A stretch of DNA of 64,000 nucleotides, taken from positions 1 to 64,000 of the IMG/VR virus record IMGVR_UViG_3300030419_007499; one strand, 5' to 3'. Of this stretch, positions 28,654 through 39,106 are shown piece after piece. The notes under the pieces are model-generated. The model searched no databases and was not told the origin of the DNA. It worked only from the letters and a program-made list of their open reading frames with translations. Within the stretch, counting starts at the first letter, position 1. The number at the start of each line of letters is the position of its first letter. Source of the DNA: an uncultured virus (IMG/VR IMGVR_UViG_3300030419_007499). Taxonomy: Duplodnaviria; Heunggongvirae; Uroviricota; Caudoviricetes. The position numbers and the translations under genes are program-made.

Positions 28654-29658
28654 ATGAAAAACATATTAGTTACAGGCGGCACAGGCGCTATTGGTTCAAA
28701 TTTAGTAAAAAAATTACTAACAAAAGAAGACACTAATAAATTAGTGATCCTCGATGACAATTCTTCTGGTTACCACAATAACCTAATACAAAATGATAAA
28801 ATAATTTTCGTAAAAGGTAATGTATGTGATAATTGGGTAGTTGAACAAGCTTTTTCTCATGATATTACTCATGTTTATCACCTAGCTGCAAATTTTGCAA
28901 ATCAAAGTTCTGTAGATTTTCCAGAAAAAGACTTAATGACAAACGGTATAGGAATCATTAAACTATTAGAAGCCTCTGTAAACAACAATGTTAAAAAGTT
29001 TTTGTATTCATCATCTTCATGTGTTTATAAGCCTGTCGACTCTCCATTTGTCGAACATGGGCCTATAGCCTTGACAACTCCATATGCAATAACCAAGCTT
29101 TTGTCCGAATATTATGTAACTTTTTATAATAAATTTAAAGGACTACCAGCAGTGGTAGTTAGATATTTCAATAATTATGGCCCTGGAGATTATCCAGGGA
29201 AATTCAGAAGCGTAATATGTAATTTTTTCTGGAAAGCGTTAAGAAATGAACCTCTCGTAATAACTGGAGATGGAAGTGAGACAAGGCCATTTACTTTTGT
29301 TGACGATATTGTGGACGGAACAATAACTGCGATGGAAAAAAGCAAAGACAAAGTTGTTGACAGTTTTTACTCCCACCCAATTGAAGAAGATGACAATTTA
29401 ATTTACAATATAGCTAATCCTGAAGTTATAAAAATTAAAGACTTGGCAGAAAAAGTTAACGATGTCTGCGGAAATACCGCTGGCATAGAGTATCAACCAA
29501 GAAGAAATTGGGACGTAATTCCCAATAGATCTGTTTGTGTAAAAAAAGCAAATGAAGAATTAGGCTTTAGTCCAAAAATCAACATAGACGAGGGATTAAA
29601 AAAGACTTTAGAGTGGTTCTCTAGTCAGGAATTTAAAAACGAAAACACAAGATTTTAA
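28654..29658 (+). CDS. NAD-dependent sugar epimerase/dehydratase (extended SDR)
   Basis: TGGTGAIG, YAITK, RYFNNYGP motifs. Confidence 0.9.
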   Translation: MKNILVTGGTGAIGSNLVKKLLTKEDTNKLVILDDNSSGYHNNLIQNDKIIFVKGNVCDNWVVEQAFSHDITHVYHLAANFANQSSVDFPEKDLMTNGIGIIKLLEASVNNNVKKFLYSSSSCVYKPVDSPFVEHGPIALTTPYAITKLLSEYYVTFYNKFKGLPAVVVRYFNNYGPGDYPGKFRSVICNFFWKALRNEPLVITGDGSETRPFTFVDDIVDGTITAMEKSKDKVVDSFYSHPIEEDDNLIYNIANPEVIKIKDLAEKVNDVCGNTAGIEYQPRRNWDVIPNRSVCVKKANEELGFSPKINIDEGLKKTLEWFSSQEFKNENTRF

Positions 29659-29661
29659 ATT

Positions 29662-30219
29662 ATGATTTGGAATGAAATTGTTTGTCTGGGTGACTCATTG
29701 ACATATGGGTCTCGAGATGATTTTGGCAGGTCTTACCCGTTAGAGCTTAATAACATACTTACAGAAAGAACTGGAGAGTATTACATATGCCATAATCATG
29801 GCGTACCCGCAGAAACAAGCTCTGAACTATTAAGGCGAACATGGCAAGCATTAAACTCCCATCAGGCGGCAAGATTATCCTTGATCATGATCGGCACTAA
29901 TGATACTCAAGCAAACATTCCTCCAGACATATACGAAGACAATTTAAAACAAATTATAACAATGTGTAAGATTTGCAAAACTAGACCTATTTTAGCGACG
30001 TTGCCCGATTTAGGATTTACTCCCCTATATTTAAACAACCCAAATAATATAAACTTATACAATAAAAAAATAAACTCTATAGCCGATAAAATGAATTTAG
30101 AAGTTTGTAACATGAGAGGAATGGAAAAATATTATATAGACAATGTCCACGTTAATCATAAAGGCAACTTAGAAATGGCAAAAAGATGGGCAGATACAAT
30201 ACTAAGTATAAATGCGTAA
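29662..30219 (+). CDS. SGNH/GDSL hydrolase (possible O-acetyl esterase/transferase)
   Basis: GDSLT, GTND, DNVH blocks. Confidence 0.85.
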   Translation: MIWNEIVCLGDSLTYGSRDDFGRSYPLELNNILTERTGEYYICHNHGVPAETSSELLRRTWQALNSHQAARLSLIMIGTNDTQANIPPDIYEDNLKQIITMCKICKTRPILATLPDLGFTPLYLNNPNNINLYNKKINSIADKMNLEVCNMRGMEKYYIDNVHVNHKGNLEMAKRWADTILSINA

Positions 30220-31330
30220 AATAGTACACATTATAGGGGCCAGACCTAATTTTATGAAGGCCGCTCCATTAATTTCTGAATTAAAAAAGAATCGCAAATT
30301 TCGACAAATAATAGTACATACTGGTCAGCATTTTGATAAAAAAATGTCTGATGTTTTTTTATCTGAATTAAAAATACCAAAACCAAAGTACAAATTTTCC
30401 TTAAAATCAAAAACAGGCAACGCTCAAATTGCTGAAATTATGATTAAGCTAGAGGAAATTTTACTAAAAGAAAAGCCTAAATTAGTTGTTGTTTATGGAG
30501 ACATAAACTCCACATTAGCAGCTTCACTTACAGCCAACAAATTAAAACTCAAACTTTGTCACATAGAGTCAGGACTAAGGAGTTTTGACAAAAATATGCC
30601 CGAAGAAATTAATCGAATAATTACAGACTCTTTGTCTGATTTTCATTTTGTCACAGAGAGGTCAGGCACCCAAAATTTATTAAGAGAAGGTCACAACAAA
30701 AACTCTATTTTTTTTGTTGGAAACACAATGATAGATTCTGTAAAAAAGTTTTTAGATAATAATTCTAGCTCAGATTTTAAGCCTCCGTTTTCGTCTGGTT
30801 GTGCACATGAACCCTTCTTCAAAAAAGATCCGTATGCCATCTGCACTTTCCACCGACCAAGTAACGTAGACACAAAACAAGCACTTTTAAAGATTACAGA
30901 AATCATAAAATGGCTATCACAAGATATAAACTTAGTTTTTCCAATCCACCCAAGAACAGAAAACGCACTCAAGAAGCATAAACTTTTAGAAAATTTGAAA
31001 AAAAATAAGAATATCCTTTTAAGTCCTCCTTGCGATTATGGTAATTTTTTGTTTTTAATAAAACATGCAAATTTAGTAGTTACAGATTCTGGAGGAATAC
31101 AAGAAGAATGCTCATACCTAAACACTCCTTGTCTAACACTAAGAAGAAATACAGAGAGACCTGTAACAATTTCTAGAGGCAGCAATATTTTAGTTGATTC
31201 TCTAGAAGAAATATGCGGGCATTTTGACTCGATAAAAAATGAAACTTTTAAAAAGTCAAAAAATATTAAATTTTGGGATGGCAAGGCTTCAGAACGCATA
31301 GCAAAAATTATATATGAAAAATTATCCTAA
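30212..31330 (+). CDS. wecB: UDP-N-acetylglucosamine 2-epimerase (non-hydrolysing)
   Basis: GARPNFMK, HTGQHFD, HIESGLRS, PEEINR, TDSGGIQEE, TERP motifs. Confidence 0.9.
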   Translation: MRKIVHIIGARPNFMKAAPLISELKKNRKFRQIIVHTGQHFDKKMSDVFLSELKIPKPKYKFSLKSKTGNAQIAEIMIKLEEILLKEKPKLVVVYGDINSTLAASLTANKLKLKLCHIESGLRSFDKNMPEEINRIITDSLSDFHFVTERSGTQNLLREGHNKNSIFFVGNTMIDSVKKFLDNNSSSDFKPPFSSGCAHEPFFKKDPYAICTFHRPSNVDTKQALLKITEIIKWLSQDINLVFPIHPRTENALKKHKLLENLKKNKNILLSPPCDYGNFLFLIKHANLVVTDSGGIQEECSYLNTPCLTLRRNTERPVTISRGSNILVDSLEEICGHFDSIKNETFKKSKNIKFWDGKASERIAKIIYEKLS

Positions 31331-32258
31331 AGTATCTTTTGGCATGGTTAATTGCAACAGGCTTTTTTACTTAAAAAGCTGTCTTGAATCATTACTTGAA
31401 TGTACGCAAGATTATCCAAACAAAGAAATTATCATAGTAGACAACGCCTCAACAGAGAAAGGAACTAAAGAATACTTAGATTCGATTAAAGACGAAAATA
31501 TTAAAATACACATCACAAAAGAAAGAGATCCGTCAAATGAATACGCTAGAGGCTTAAACACTATTTACGAACTAAGCGATGGAGATTATGTAATTCCGCT
31601 TGAAGGAGATTTACAATTTATAGTTAAAGGAGGATGGCTAAAGCAGTATGTAGATTTTTTTGAAAACAATAGAGAGCTAACTGGTTCCATGAGCTTAGAC
31701 GCACAGAGAACAATACGACTAAACCGCGGGAGATATCTTTTTCCTAAAAATCAGTCTAAGTATAAATTTGTTTACAATTTATCTAATCATCCTATTAGCG
31801 GAGCTGGAGACGCTGTATATTCTAGAGAAATCTTAGACAAAATGTACCCATGGGTAACCGAAAACTCAAGCCATGAAGGAGGAGGCGACTGTGAGACTAA
31901 AATGTTGGCGAAAATAGACAAGATTTTGGGTGACAAAAAATCTTCAACTTTCTTAGCGGTGCCATTATTCCCAGTATGTACTGCAATATATACAGATCCC
32001 AGGGGCACTAACGCTAGAATAAGAGGCAACAAAAGGTATGGCAAATATTGGGCGCCAAAAGATTCGTTTAAATATTATGAAATTCATGAATACGAAGAGG
32101 CTTTAAAACTCATCTCCGAAAGAGACACTCCTATCGGAATCGAAGTTGTCGCTAACCCAATCGGATGGGATAAACCCTTAGACAACAAAGGAAACTGGTT
32201 AAAAAATCCAATTAGACCAGAAAATTGCACTGAGGATGATTACGAGATTATAGATTAA
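31314..32258 (+). CDS. GT2 glycosyltransferase
   Basis: LKSCLESL, IIIVDNAS, ARGLN motifs. Confidence 0.75.
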   Translation: MKNYPKVSFGMVNCNRLFYLKSCLESLLECTQDYPNKEIIIVDNASTEKGTKEYLDSIKDENIKIHITKERDPSNEYARGLNTIYELSDGDYVIPLEGDLQFIVKGGWLKQYVDFFENNRELTGSMSLDAQRTIRLNRGRYLFPKNQSKYKFVYNLSNHPISGAGDAVYSREILDKMYPWVTENSSHEGGGDCETKMLAKIDKILGDKKSSTFLAVPLFPVCTAIYTDPRGTNARIRGNKRYGKYWAPKDSFKYYEIHEYEEALKLISERDTPIGIEVVANPIGWDKPLDNKGNWLKNPIRPENCTEDDYEIID

Positions 32259-32266
32259 ATTATATT

Positions 32267-33040
32267 ATGAATTGGTACGATGATCTATGTGAATATTATC
32301 AAGTTTCACCAGAAGAAGCTAATGAGCTTGGCACAAGAAAAAAAGGCAGAAGACCAAACTTGCCAGGCTCAGCAACCTGTCAACCTGTCTCAGGTTTAAC
32401 GTTTGAAGAAATATGGGACAGCAAACCAAGAGAGACGACTGCTCAAATTTTTGATTTTTATAAAGATATAGGCTCTTGGTCTTCATTTCGACAATGCAAA
32501 TATCACGAACATGGACCTGCGTACAATACTGGCCCAATAACAGCTCAACAAATTTCGATCAATCAATTAGATGGAAATATAAAAGTTTTAGAGTACGGCG
32601 CTGGAGTTGCACCAATATCAACTTGGCTGTATGATAACCTAGCCAACTGCAAGTTCGAGTTTTATATAAACGATGTTACATGCGAACATTTAACATTTGG
32701 ACATTGGAGACTAAAAAATAGGGAAGCAAACGTTAAAAAGTTTGAAATTCAGCCAGATGAATTTCCAGATTACGGAGACGTCAAATTTAATTTTATATAC
32801 ATGCTTGACGTGCTAGAACATTTAGATGATCCATTTGGAGCGGTAAATGAAGTAATTAAATATTCAGTTCCAAATGAAACTTTATTTTTTGAGACCTGGG
32901 TAAACCATGAAGAAGGTAAGTCTACCCATTGTGATTTAGACAGAGATAAACAAAAAACAATTAAACTTATTAAACAAAATTTTTCTTTAGTAGTCGACAC
33001 GGGCGGCATGAGAGTCTGGAAGAAGTTATTGCACTTTTAA
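32267..33040 (+). CDS. Class I SAM-dependent methyltransferase
   Basis: VLEYGAG and DVLEHLDDP motifs. Confidence 0.75.
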   Translation: MNWYDDLCEYYQVSPEEANELGTRKKGRRPNLPGSATCQPVSGLTFEEIWDSKPRETTAQIFDFYKDIGSWSSFRQCKYHEHGPAYNTGPITAQQISINQLDGNIKVLEYGAGVAPISTWLYDNLANCKFEFYINDVTCEHLTFGHWRLKNREANVKKFEIQPDEFPDYGDVKFNFIYMLDVLEHLDDPFGAVNEVIKYSVPNETLFFETWVNHEEGKSTHCDLDRDKQKTIKLIKQNFSLVVDTGGMRVWKKLLHF

Positions 33041-33957
33041 TGAAAATCTATATAAACAACTCAAATGAAAATTGGATTTGCGATCGCATGCGGCAAGAGT
33101 TTATTGATTATAATTCAGATTATATTACTACTAACGTTTTACAAGCTGATGTCCTATGGCTTTTTTCCAATTGGATCTGGAGAGAAATCCCAGTAGATCT
33201 ATTACATGATAAAAAAGTTATTGCAACGATACACCACATTGACCCAGAAAAACTAAATGTTGAAGATTTCTTATTAAGAGATAAGTTTTGCAATGCGTAT
33301 CATGTTTTTAGCGAAAAAACAATTCCGCACTTTCCAGAAGAAGTTAATAGAAGCAAGATTCACGTAGTCCCCTATTGGTACAACGAGGAGCTTTGGTTTA
33401 ACATGGAAGATAAAAATAGTTTACGTGAAAAGTTTTCTATACCCAAAGACAAACTTGTTATAGGCAGCTTCCAAAGAGACACCGAAGGATCTGATTTAAA
33501 AACCCCAAAACTATCAAAAGGACCAGACGTTTTTTGTGACATAGTTGAAAAAATTAACGAAAAACCACACGTATTATTGTCAGGATGGAGAAGGCAATAT
33601 ATTATATCAAGACTCGAAGCAGCGGGCATCACATATTCGTATTTTGAAATGGCTGATTTTAAAACTTTAAACGAGTTATATAATTGCTTAGATTTATATC
33701 TTGTGACATCAAGACAAGAAGGAGGCCCACAAGCCATCTTAGAATGTGCATCAAATATGACGCCAATACTGTCCACAGATGTCGGATTTGCCAGTAAAGT
33801 CCTTTCAGGCGACTCTATTATAAGCGATGCACAAAAGTTTATTGATAAGATTAATTCTTCAGACTTTGACTACACATTACAGAATCATGAAGCACTACAA
33901 GCCTACTCAATGCAAAATTCAATGCCAAAGTATATTAACGTTTTTAAAGGCTTATGA
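33040..33957 (+). CDS. GT4 glycosyltransferase
   Basis: SKGPD, SRQEGGPQAILE, STDVG motifs. Confidence 0.85.
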   Translation: MKIYINNSNENWICDRMRQEFIDYNSDYITTNVLQADVLWLFSNWIWREIPVDLLHDKKVIATIHHIDPEKLNVEDFLLRDKFCNAYHVFSEKTIPHFPEEVNRSKIHVVPYWYNEELWFNMEDKNSLREKFSIPKDKLVIGSFQRDTEGSDLKTPKLSKGPDVFCDIVEKINEKPHVLLSGWRRQYIISRLEAAGITYSYFEMADFKTLNELYNCLDLYLVTSRQEGGPQAILECASNMTPILSTDVGFASKVLSGDSIISDAQKFIDKINSSDFDYTLQNHEALQAYSMQNSMPKYINVFKGL

Positions 33958-34847
33958 AAATTTTTATTTCTTTTGGCATAACGGATTCGCCATGGGGCGG
34001 AGGCAATCAATTTTTAAAAAATTTAAAAAAGTGTTTCGCAGAAGAAGGATTGTATACTGAATCGCCAGAATATGCAGATATTATATTATATAACGGACAT
34101 CAATTCATTGAACAAACTTCATTGATTAAAAAAGCTCATCCCAATAAAATTTTTGTTCATAGGATGGACGGACTGCAAAAACTTTATAACAACGCCTCAG
34201 ACACAAGACAAGATTTAGCTATAGACTTTAATAAACTCTCTGATGCAACGATATTTCAGAGTCATTGGTCAAAAGATGAATTTAAAAAATTTAATTTTAA
34301 TCCAGAAAAATCAACAGTTATACCAAACGCCGCAGATCCTGAAATTTTCCATGATACAAACGAGGCGAAAAAAAACCAAAAAATCAATTTGTTGTGCACT
34401 AGTTTTTCAAACAACCTAAACAAAGGGTTTTTATTTTACAAGGAACTAGATGATGCATTAGATTTCGAACAATTTAACTTCACTTTTATAGGAAATAAAC
34501 CAGATGACATAACTTACAAAAATATAAAATGCTCACCACCGAAAACAACAACTGAAATTGCCAAAGAACTAAAACAAACAGATGTTTTTGTTTCTGCCAC
34601 AGTAAATGACTGTTGTTCCAACTCTATTATTGAAGCGTTGACATCTGGAGTCCCTGTTTTAGCTCAAAATAGCGGAGGAAACCCAGAAATAGTAAAAGAT
34701 GGAGGAGAATTATTTGAAGATATAGATGAATTTCTATTTAATCTTCAAAAAATAACATTGAACATTGATTTTTATAAGAAAATGATTAATATCAAAACAA
34801 TGAAACAAATTGCGTCAGATTATGTAGAATTTTTTCAATGTATTTAG
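33954..34847 (+). CDS. GT4 glycosyltransferase
   Basis: WGGGNQF, VIPNA, SNSIIEALTSGVPV, SGGNPE motifs. Confidence 0.85.
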   Translation: MKIFISFGITDSPWGGGNQFLKNLKKCFAEEGLYTESPEYADIILYNGHQFIEQTSLIKKAHPNKIFVHRMDGLQKLYNNASDTRQDLAIDFNKLSDATIFQSHWSKDEFKKFNFNPEKSTVIPNAADPEIFHDTNEAKKNQKINLLCTSFSNNLNKGFLFYKELDDALDFEQFNFTFIGNKPDDITYKNIKCSPPKTTTEIAKELKQTDVFVSATVNDCCSNSIIEALTSGVPVLAQNSGGNPEIVKDGGELFEDIDEFLFNLQKITLNIDFYKKMINIKTMKQIASDYVEFFQCI

Positions 34848-35569
34848 TTAACATTAGCATAGATGATATTTCTCCACACCCACAGTCTTCAACAAAGGTG
34901 CTTGATAGGTGTTATGAGCTCATCGATATTTTTCCAAGTATAAAGTTTACGCTTTTTATACCTTGCGCATATTGGAGAACCATGTCTAACAATCGAGGAG
35001 TAGAAGGATTGCTTACTTGCACAAGCCAACCGCTCTGCCTTGATGATTATCCTGAGTTTTGCCAGGAAATTCTTAGCATTAATAGCAAAAATTTTGAAAT
35101 CGGCTTTCACGGGTTATACCACGGAGTTCCCCATAAAAGCAATAATGATGAATTTAGGGGCGCAAGTTACAACGAGACAGTGAAAATTATAGAAGGCATG
35201 CGCGAGGTCGCGAAAAAAACAAAGATACCATTCAAAAACATACTGCGTCCCCCAGCTTGGAGAATGTCGCCAGAGTCAATAAAAGCGTGCGCGGACCACG
35301 GAATTGAGATATTAGCACTTTCGTCCGACATGTATCATGACGGATCATTAGACTATAAAGGTGAAGATAAAAAATTTAAAAACGTAGTCTATTATAATTG
35401 TTGCCCACCATCTAAAGAGTTAAAATTTTATAAAAAAACAGAAATAGTTTACCACGCATGTGAATGGGATTCAAACTTTTTAAATGAAAAGCTTAAAGAC
35501 GATCTAGTAGATTTCCTCAATAGCGAAAAAGAAAATGTCAAATTTGCATTTATGGACGCAATGCTATAA
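34838..35569 (+). CDS. Polysaccharide deacetylase-like protein (CE4/DUF2334-like)
   Basis: ISIDD, EIGFHGLYH, RPPAW motifs. Confidence 0.75.
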   Translation: MYLVNISIDDISPHPQSSTKVLDRCYELIDIFPSIKFTLFIPCAYWRTMSNNRGVEGLLTCTSQPLCLDDYPEFCQEILSINSKNFEIGFHGLYHGVPHKSNNDEFRGASYNETVKIIEGMREVAKKTKIPFKNILRPPAWRMSPESIKACADHGIEILALSSDMYHDGSLDYKGEDKKFKNVVYYNCCPPSKELKFYKKTEIVYHACEWDSNFLNEKLKDDLVDFLNSEKENVKFAFMDAML

Positions 35570-35572
35570 GCC

Positions 35573-36175
35573 ATGGGCAGATCAGATCCACACATTTTTA
35601 ATTTTTATAATAACAATATAAAACCTAGAGGTTCAACAGCTTTATTAGGTTTTACCAATAATAATGTTTACCAAGGTGACCTTTATGATTTAAGCTTAGA
35701 CAATTGGAATATAAATTCAGAATGGATGCTCAAAAAAAAGTATGACACAATAATCTGCACAAGGTGTGCTTATTTTGCAGAAGACCCATGGGACTTTACT
35801 GAAAGATGCCATGAGCACTTAAACAAAGATGGTATTTTATATGTTGATTGGGGCTTAGGAGACCATTGGAGGTTTGAAGATTATAAAATTGGCTGGGTTA
35901 AAAATGAACAACAAGAATATGCATACCAAGATAATAACTATTTATGGTCTACAGTTTGGGATAAGCGATTCAAAAGCAATGACCAGTATAAGCTTTTTTG
36001 TAAAAACGTAGAAAAGTTTGGTTACAATAATGTAGAAAAAGCGATAATAAAAGAAGTGCCAAGAGTACTGAAGTTAGATTACATAAAGCTATTTTTTAAC
36101 GTAGAATATGATATACTTTCACTATGGGAAGATTCACCTCAACTTTATATCTTAATTAAGGCAACAAAAAAATGA
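35573..36175 (+). CDS. Methyltransferase-like protein
   Basis: YDTIIC...HLNKDGILYV resembles the class I MTase core; motif I degenerate. Confidence 0.5.
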   Translation: MGRSDPHIFNFYNNNIKPRGSTALLGFTNNNVYQGDLYDLSLDNWNINSEWMLKKKYDTIICTRCAYFAEDPWDFTERCHEHLNKDGILYVDWGLGDHWRFEDYKIGWVKNEQQEYAYQDNNYLWSTVWDKRFKSNDQYKLFCKNVEKFGYNNVEKAIIKEVPRVLKLDYIKLFFNVEYDILSLWEDSPQLYILIKATKK

Positions 36176-37119
36176 ATTTTTTAGCCCTAGAAATGACTTT
36201 TTTGCGCTATTTTCTTCCACTTATTATTTGCGGAAATAAAAGAAACATAAAGTCAACAGTTTTAGTAGAGCGCAATAATAAGTATAACTGCCCGATAAAA
36301 AACGCAAAACACTTAGAATCTTTATCAGATAAATATAATTTTAATGTTCGGTATGCAAGCAAAGCAAACAAGGATATAACTTTCTTAATTGAAGGTGTTG
36401 GCGCCAACCTAACTAATGCCAAAAAAGTTTCAATGACCTACATGACAGACTATACACTTTCATGGAAAAAATATTGGAGCGACATAGACCACTGCATATT
36501 TCCATCAAAATGGTTTGCTGAATTTATTAAAAAAGAAAAAGATGAAAAATCATTGTTCCTAGGAAGTCCGAAGTATGATCTAAAACTCAACAAAGAGGAA
36601 CTTTTTAAAAAATACAACTTAAGTCACGAGTTCAAATACGCGTTTATACCTCTTCCAAGATCTAGAGATTTAAATTTAGTTAATTTATCTTTTGTTTATA
36701 ATTTTTTACGCAACAAAGGATACAAAATTATCACAAAGTCAAGAGGAAAAGATAATTATAAAGGAGATGGCGATTTTAATTTTTCTGATACATCATGGTT
36801 TCCTCATGATTCAATGGAGTTAATAAGCATATCAGACTTGGTAATAAACTTTGATTCTACCTGCATTAAAGAATGCGTAATGGCGAGAAAAAAAGTTATT
36901 AATTTTAACGTTAAGCCTTTTAAGCAATTGTTGCCAGAACTATACAATGAGAAATACTCCGCAAATATAAAATCCGACTTTTGGAACGAAGACAACTTAA
37001 ATAAGCATTATGAAAGAATTTCAACCTCCAACGCTTCAAGCTTTGATCCTGTCATTGAAAAATATTTATTTAAGACTGGAAGTTCTGCCAGAATATTAGA
37101 TTATTTTGGTATAAAGTGA
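36172..37119 (+). CDS. GT-B transferase, candidate CMP-nonulosonate transferase
   Basis: GSPKYD and SDLVINFDST..E motifs like CDP-glycerol/KpsS-type transferases; directly upstream of neuA-neuB. Confidence 0.5.
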   Translation: MNFLALEMTFLRYFLPLIICGNKRNIKSTVLVERNNKYNCPIKNAKHLESLSDKYNFNVRYASKANKDITFLIEGVGANLTNAKKVSMTYMTDYTLSWKKYWSDIDHCIFPSKWFAEFIKKEKDEKSLFLGSPKYDLKLNKEELFKKYNLSHEFKYAFIPLPRSRDLNLVNLSFVYNFLRNKGYKIITKSRGKDNYKGDGDFNFSDTSWFPHDSMELISISDLVINFDSTCIKECVMARKKVINFNVKPFKQLLPELYNEKYSANIKSDFWNEDNLNKHYERISTSNASSFDPVIEKYLFKTGSSARILDYFGIK

Positions 37120-37679
37120 ACATTTTAGCAATTATCCCCGCAAGAGGCGGAAGCCAAAGACTACGCAACAAAAATATATACCCCTTATGGGGAAAACCAA
37201 TGATTTACTGGGCAATACAAGCCTGTAAACAATCAAAATTTAACATTAAAGTATGTGTAAGCACCGAAAGCGAAGAAATATCGAATATATCTCAAGAACT
37301 TGGGGCTACAGTACATAAAAGAGACCCAAAGCTTGCGGATCACAAAACCTATAAACAGGCAGCGGTTAGATCTGCTGCAGAATGGTATGAAAAGGTAAAT
37401 GGCAAACAAGACATTTTTATATCCTTACAAGCCAATTCTCCACAAATAAAAAATAAAGATCTTGACAAAGGTATAGAGATTTTGCTAGAATACCAAAAAG
37501 ACGAAATATTTAGCGTCGATTCCAATTTAATGCAAAATGCTGCTTTTAGAGTCTTTAAAGGAGACTATGTATACCAAGAAGATCTAAGCACTAATTGTGG
37601 AGCCTGCGTTTGTGAATTACATGATGTGCACACTTTAGATGACATAAAGTATCTAGAGTCAGGCTTAGACACAATATAA
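37116..37679 (+). CDS. neuA: Acylneuraminate cytidylyltransferase (CMP-nonulosonate synthetase)
   Basis: AIIPARGGSQRLRNKN, GKPMI, LQANSP motifs; GTG start. Confidence 0.85.
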   Translation: MNILAIIPARGGSQRLRNKNIYPLWGKPMIYWAIQACKQSKFNIKVCVSTESEEISNISQELGATVHKRDPKLADHKTYKQAAVRSAAEWYEKVNGKQDIFISLQANSPQIKNKDLDKGIEILLEYQKDEIFSVDSNLMQNAAFRVFKGDYVYQEDLSTNCGACVCELHDVHTLDDIKYLESGLDTI

Positions 37680-37690
37680 CATAACAACAA

Positions 37691-38371
37691 ATGACAAAAA
37701 CTTACATCATATCAGAGCTTTGCGGACAATGGGGAGGCTCAATGAGTCGAGCTAAAGAAATGATTGACCAATCTAAAATCGGAGGAGCAAATGCGGTAAA
37801 GGTTCAATTATGGGATACTTATAAAATGCCAGGAGACAATAGAGAAAAATGGGAATACCTCGTGATGAGTAAAGATCAGTTTTTTGAATTAAAGGATTAT
37901 GCGGACAAAGTTGGTATTGATTTTTTTGCTTCACCTTTTGACTCCGAAAGGTTTAGTTGGGTGCTAGAAGCTAATCTTAAAATAAACAAAATAGCAAGTT
38001 CTGTATTAGAATGGAATTTTGATTTGTGCGAGAATATGGTTTCATCAGGATTAAGAACTTTTTGTTCACTTGGAAAATGGAATAAAGATAAATTACCGTT
38101 TAATAATGATAACGTAGAATACTTTCACTGTTTAGCTGAATACCCACATTCAGAAGAAAGAGCAATATCAAAAATGCCTACAAACCTAACAGGTTACAGC
38201 GACCATTCAATTGGGATTGGAGCCTGTATCGAAGCAGCGAGTCGTGGAGCTACTTTAATAGAAAAACACTTTACCCTAGATAAAAATTTACAATGTGAAA
38301 CAGAGTCTGCACATTCATGTTCTATGGACTTGGATGAATTAAAAAAACTAACTGAATTCTGTAAAACATGA
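37691..38371 (+). CDS. neuB: Nonulosonic acid synthase (NeuB family), lacking the C-terminal antifreeze-like domain
   Basis: AVKVQ, KIAS, HCLAEYP, GYSDHS, IEKHFTLD motifs. Confidence 0.85.
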   Translation: MTKTYIISELCGQWGGSMSRAKEMIDQSKIGGANAVKVQLWDTYKMPGDNREKWEYLVMSKDQFFELKDYADKVGIDFFASPFDSERFSWVLEANLKINKIASSVLEWNFDLCENMVSSGLRTFCSLGKWNKDKLPFNNDNVEYFHCLAEYPHSEERAISKMPTNLTGYSDHSIGIGACIEAASRGATLIEKHFTLDKNLQCETESAHSCSMDLDELKKLTEFCKT

Positions 38372-39105
38372 AAAACAAGCTAAACATAGCTTTGATCACA
38401 GCTGGCAATCCAAGACATCATTATTTTAAAAAAAAGATTTCTTCGGTAGTTGATGTCGGGCTAGTTATTGAAGAGCCAAAAAAATCAACGCCGCAAGAAA
38501 AAGAAATATCATTTTTTAAAAATTCCTTTTTAGATAATAACTGGAATTCCAAAAGAAACAAGCAAGTTAATATAAGTGATAAAACCCTAAACAACGTTGA
38601 AACACAAAAAATTTTAGAAGATTTTTCCCCTGATTATATTTTTACTTTTGGTTGCGGACTACTTAAAGACAATATTATAAAAACTGCGTCAAAATGCATA
38701 ATAAACATTCATACTGGGCTCACTCAACACCACAGAGGCGTTGAGGGGCCGCTATTTGCAATATATGAAGAAGATGCCAGCATAATAGGCGCGACAATTC
38801 ATCAAGTCACAACAGGAATAGATTCTGGCCAAGTTATTGCACAAGACAGGCCTAAACTAAGACTAGACGATAACTTAGATTTGTTATTTTATAGAGCCTG
38901 CAAATGCGGAATAGATCTTTTACAAAAAAATATTATTGATATAATTTTGGGTAAAGCTAAATTTCAAACCCTAGACAAAGGAAAGTTATACCAAAAGAAA
39001 GATGTCACAAATGAAGTGATGACTTCTGCAAATTCAAAAGTTGGCGCCGTACTCTATAATTATTATGATTTAGATGGCGCGGCAGATCGGTTTATATATT
39101 ATTAA
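38368..39105 (+). CDS. Formyltransferase (N10-formyl-THF dependent, sugar N-formylation)
   Basis: INIHTG..HRG, GATIH, IDSGQVIAQ motifs. Confidence 0.8.
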   Translation: MKNKLNIALITAGNPRHHYFKKKISSVVDVGLVIEEPKKSTPQEKEISFFKNSFLDNNWNSKRNKQVNISDKTLNNVETQKILEDFSPDYIFTFGCGLLKDNIIKTASKCIINIHTGLTQHHRGVEGPLFAIYEEDASIIGATIHQVTTGIDSGQVIAQDRPKLRLDDNLDLLFYRACKCGIDLLQKNIIDIILGKAKFQTLDKGKLYQKKDVTNEVMTSANSKVGAVLYNYYDLDGAADRFIYY

Positions 39106-39106
39106 A

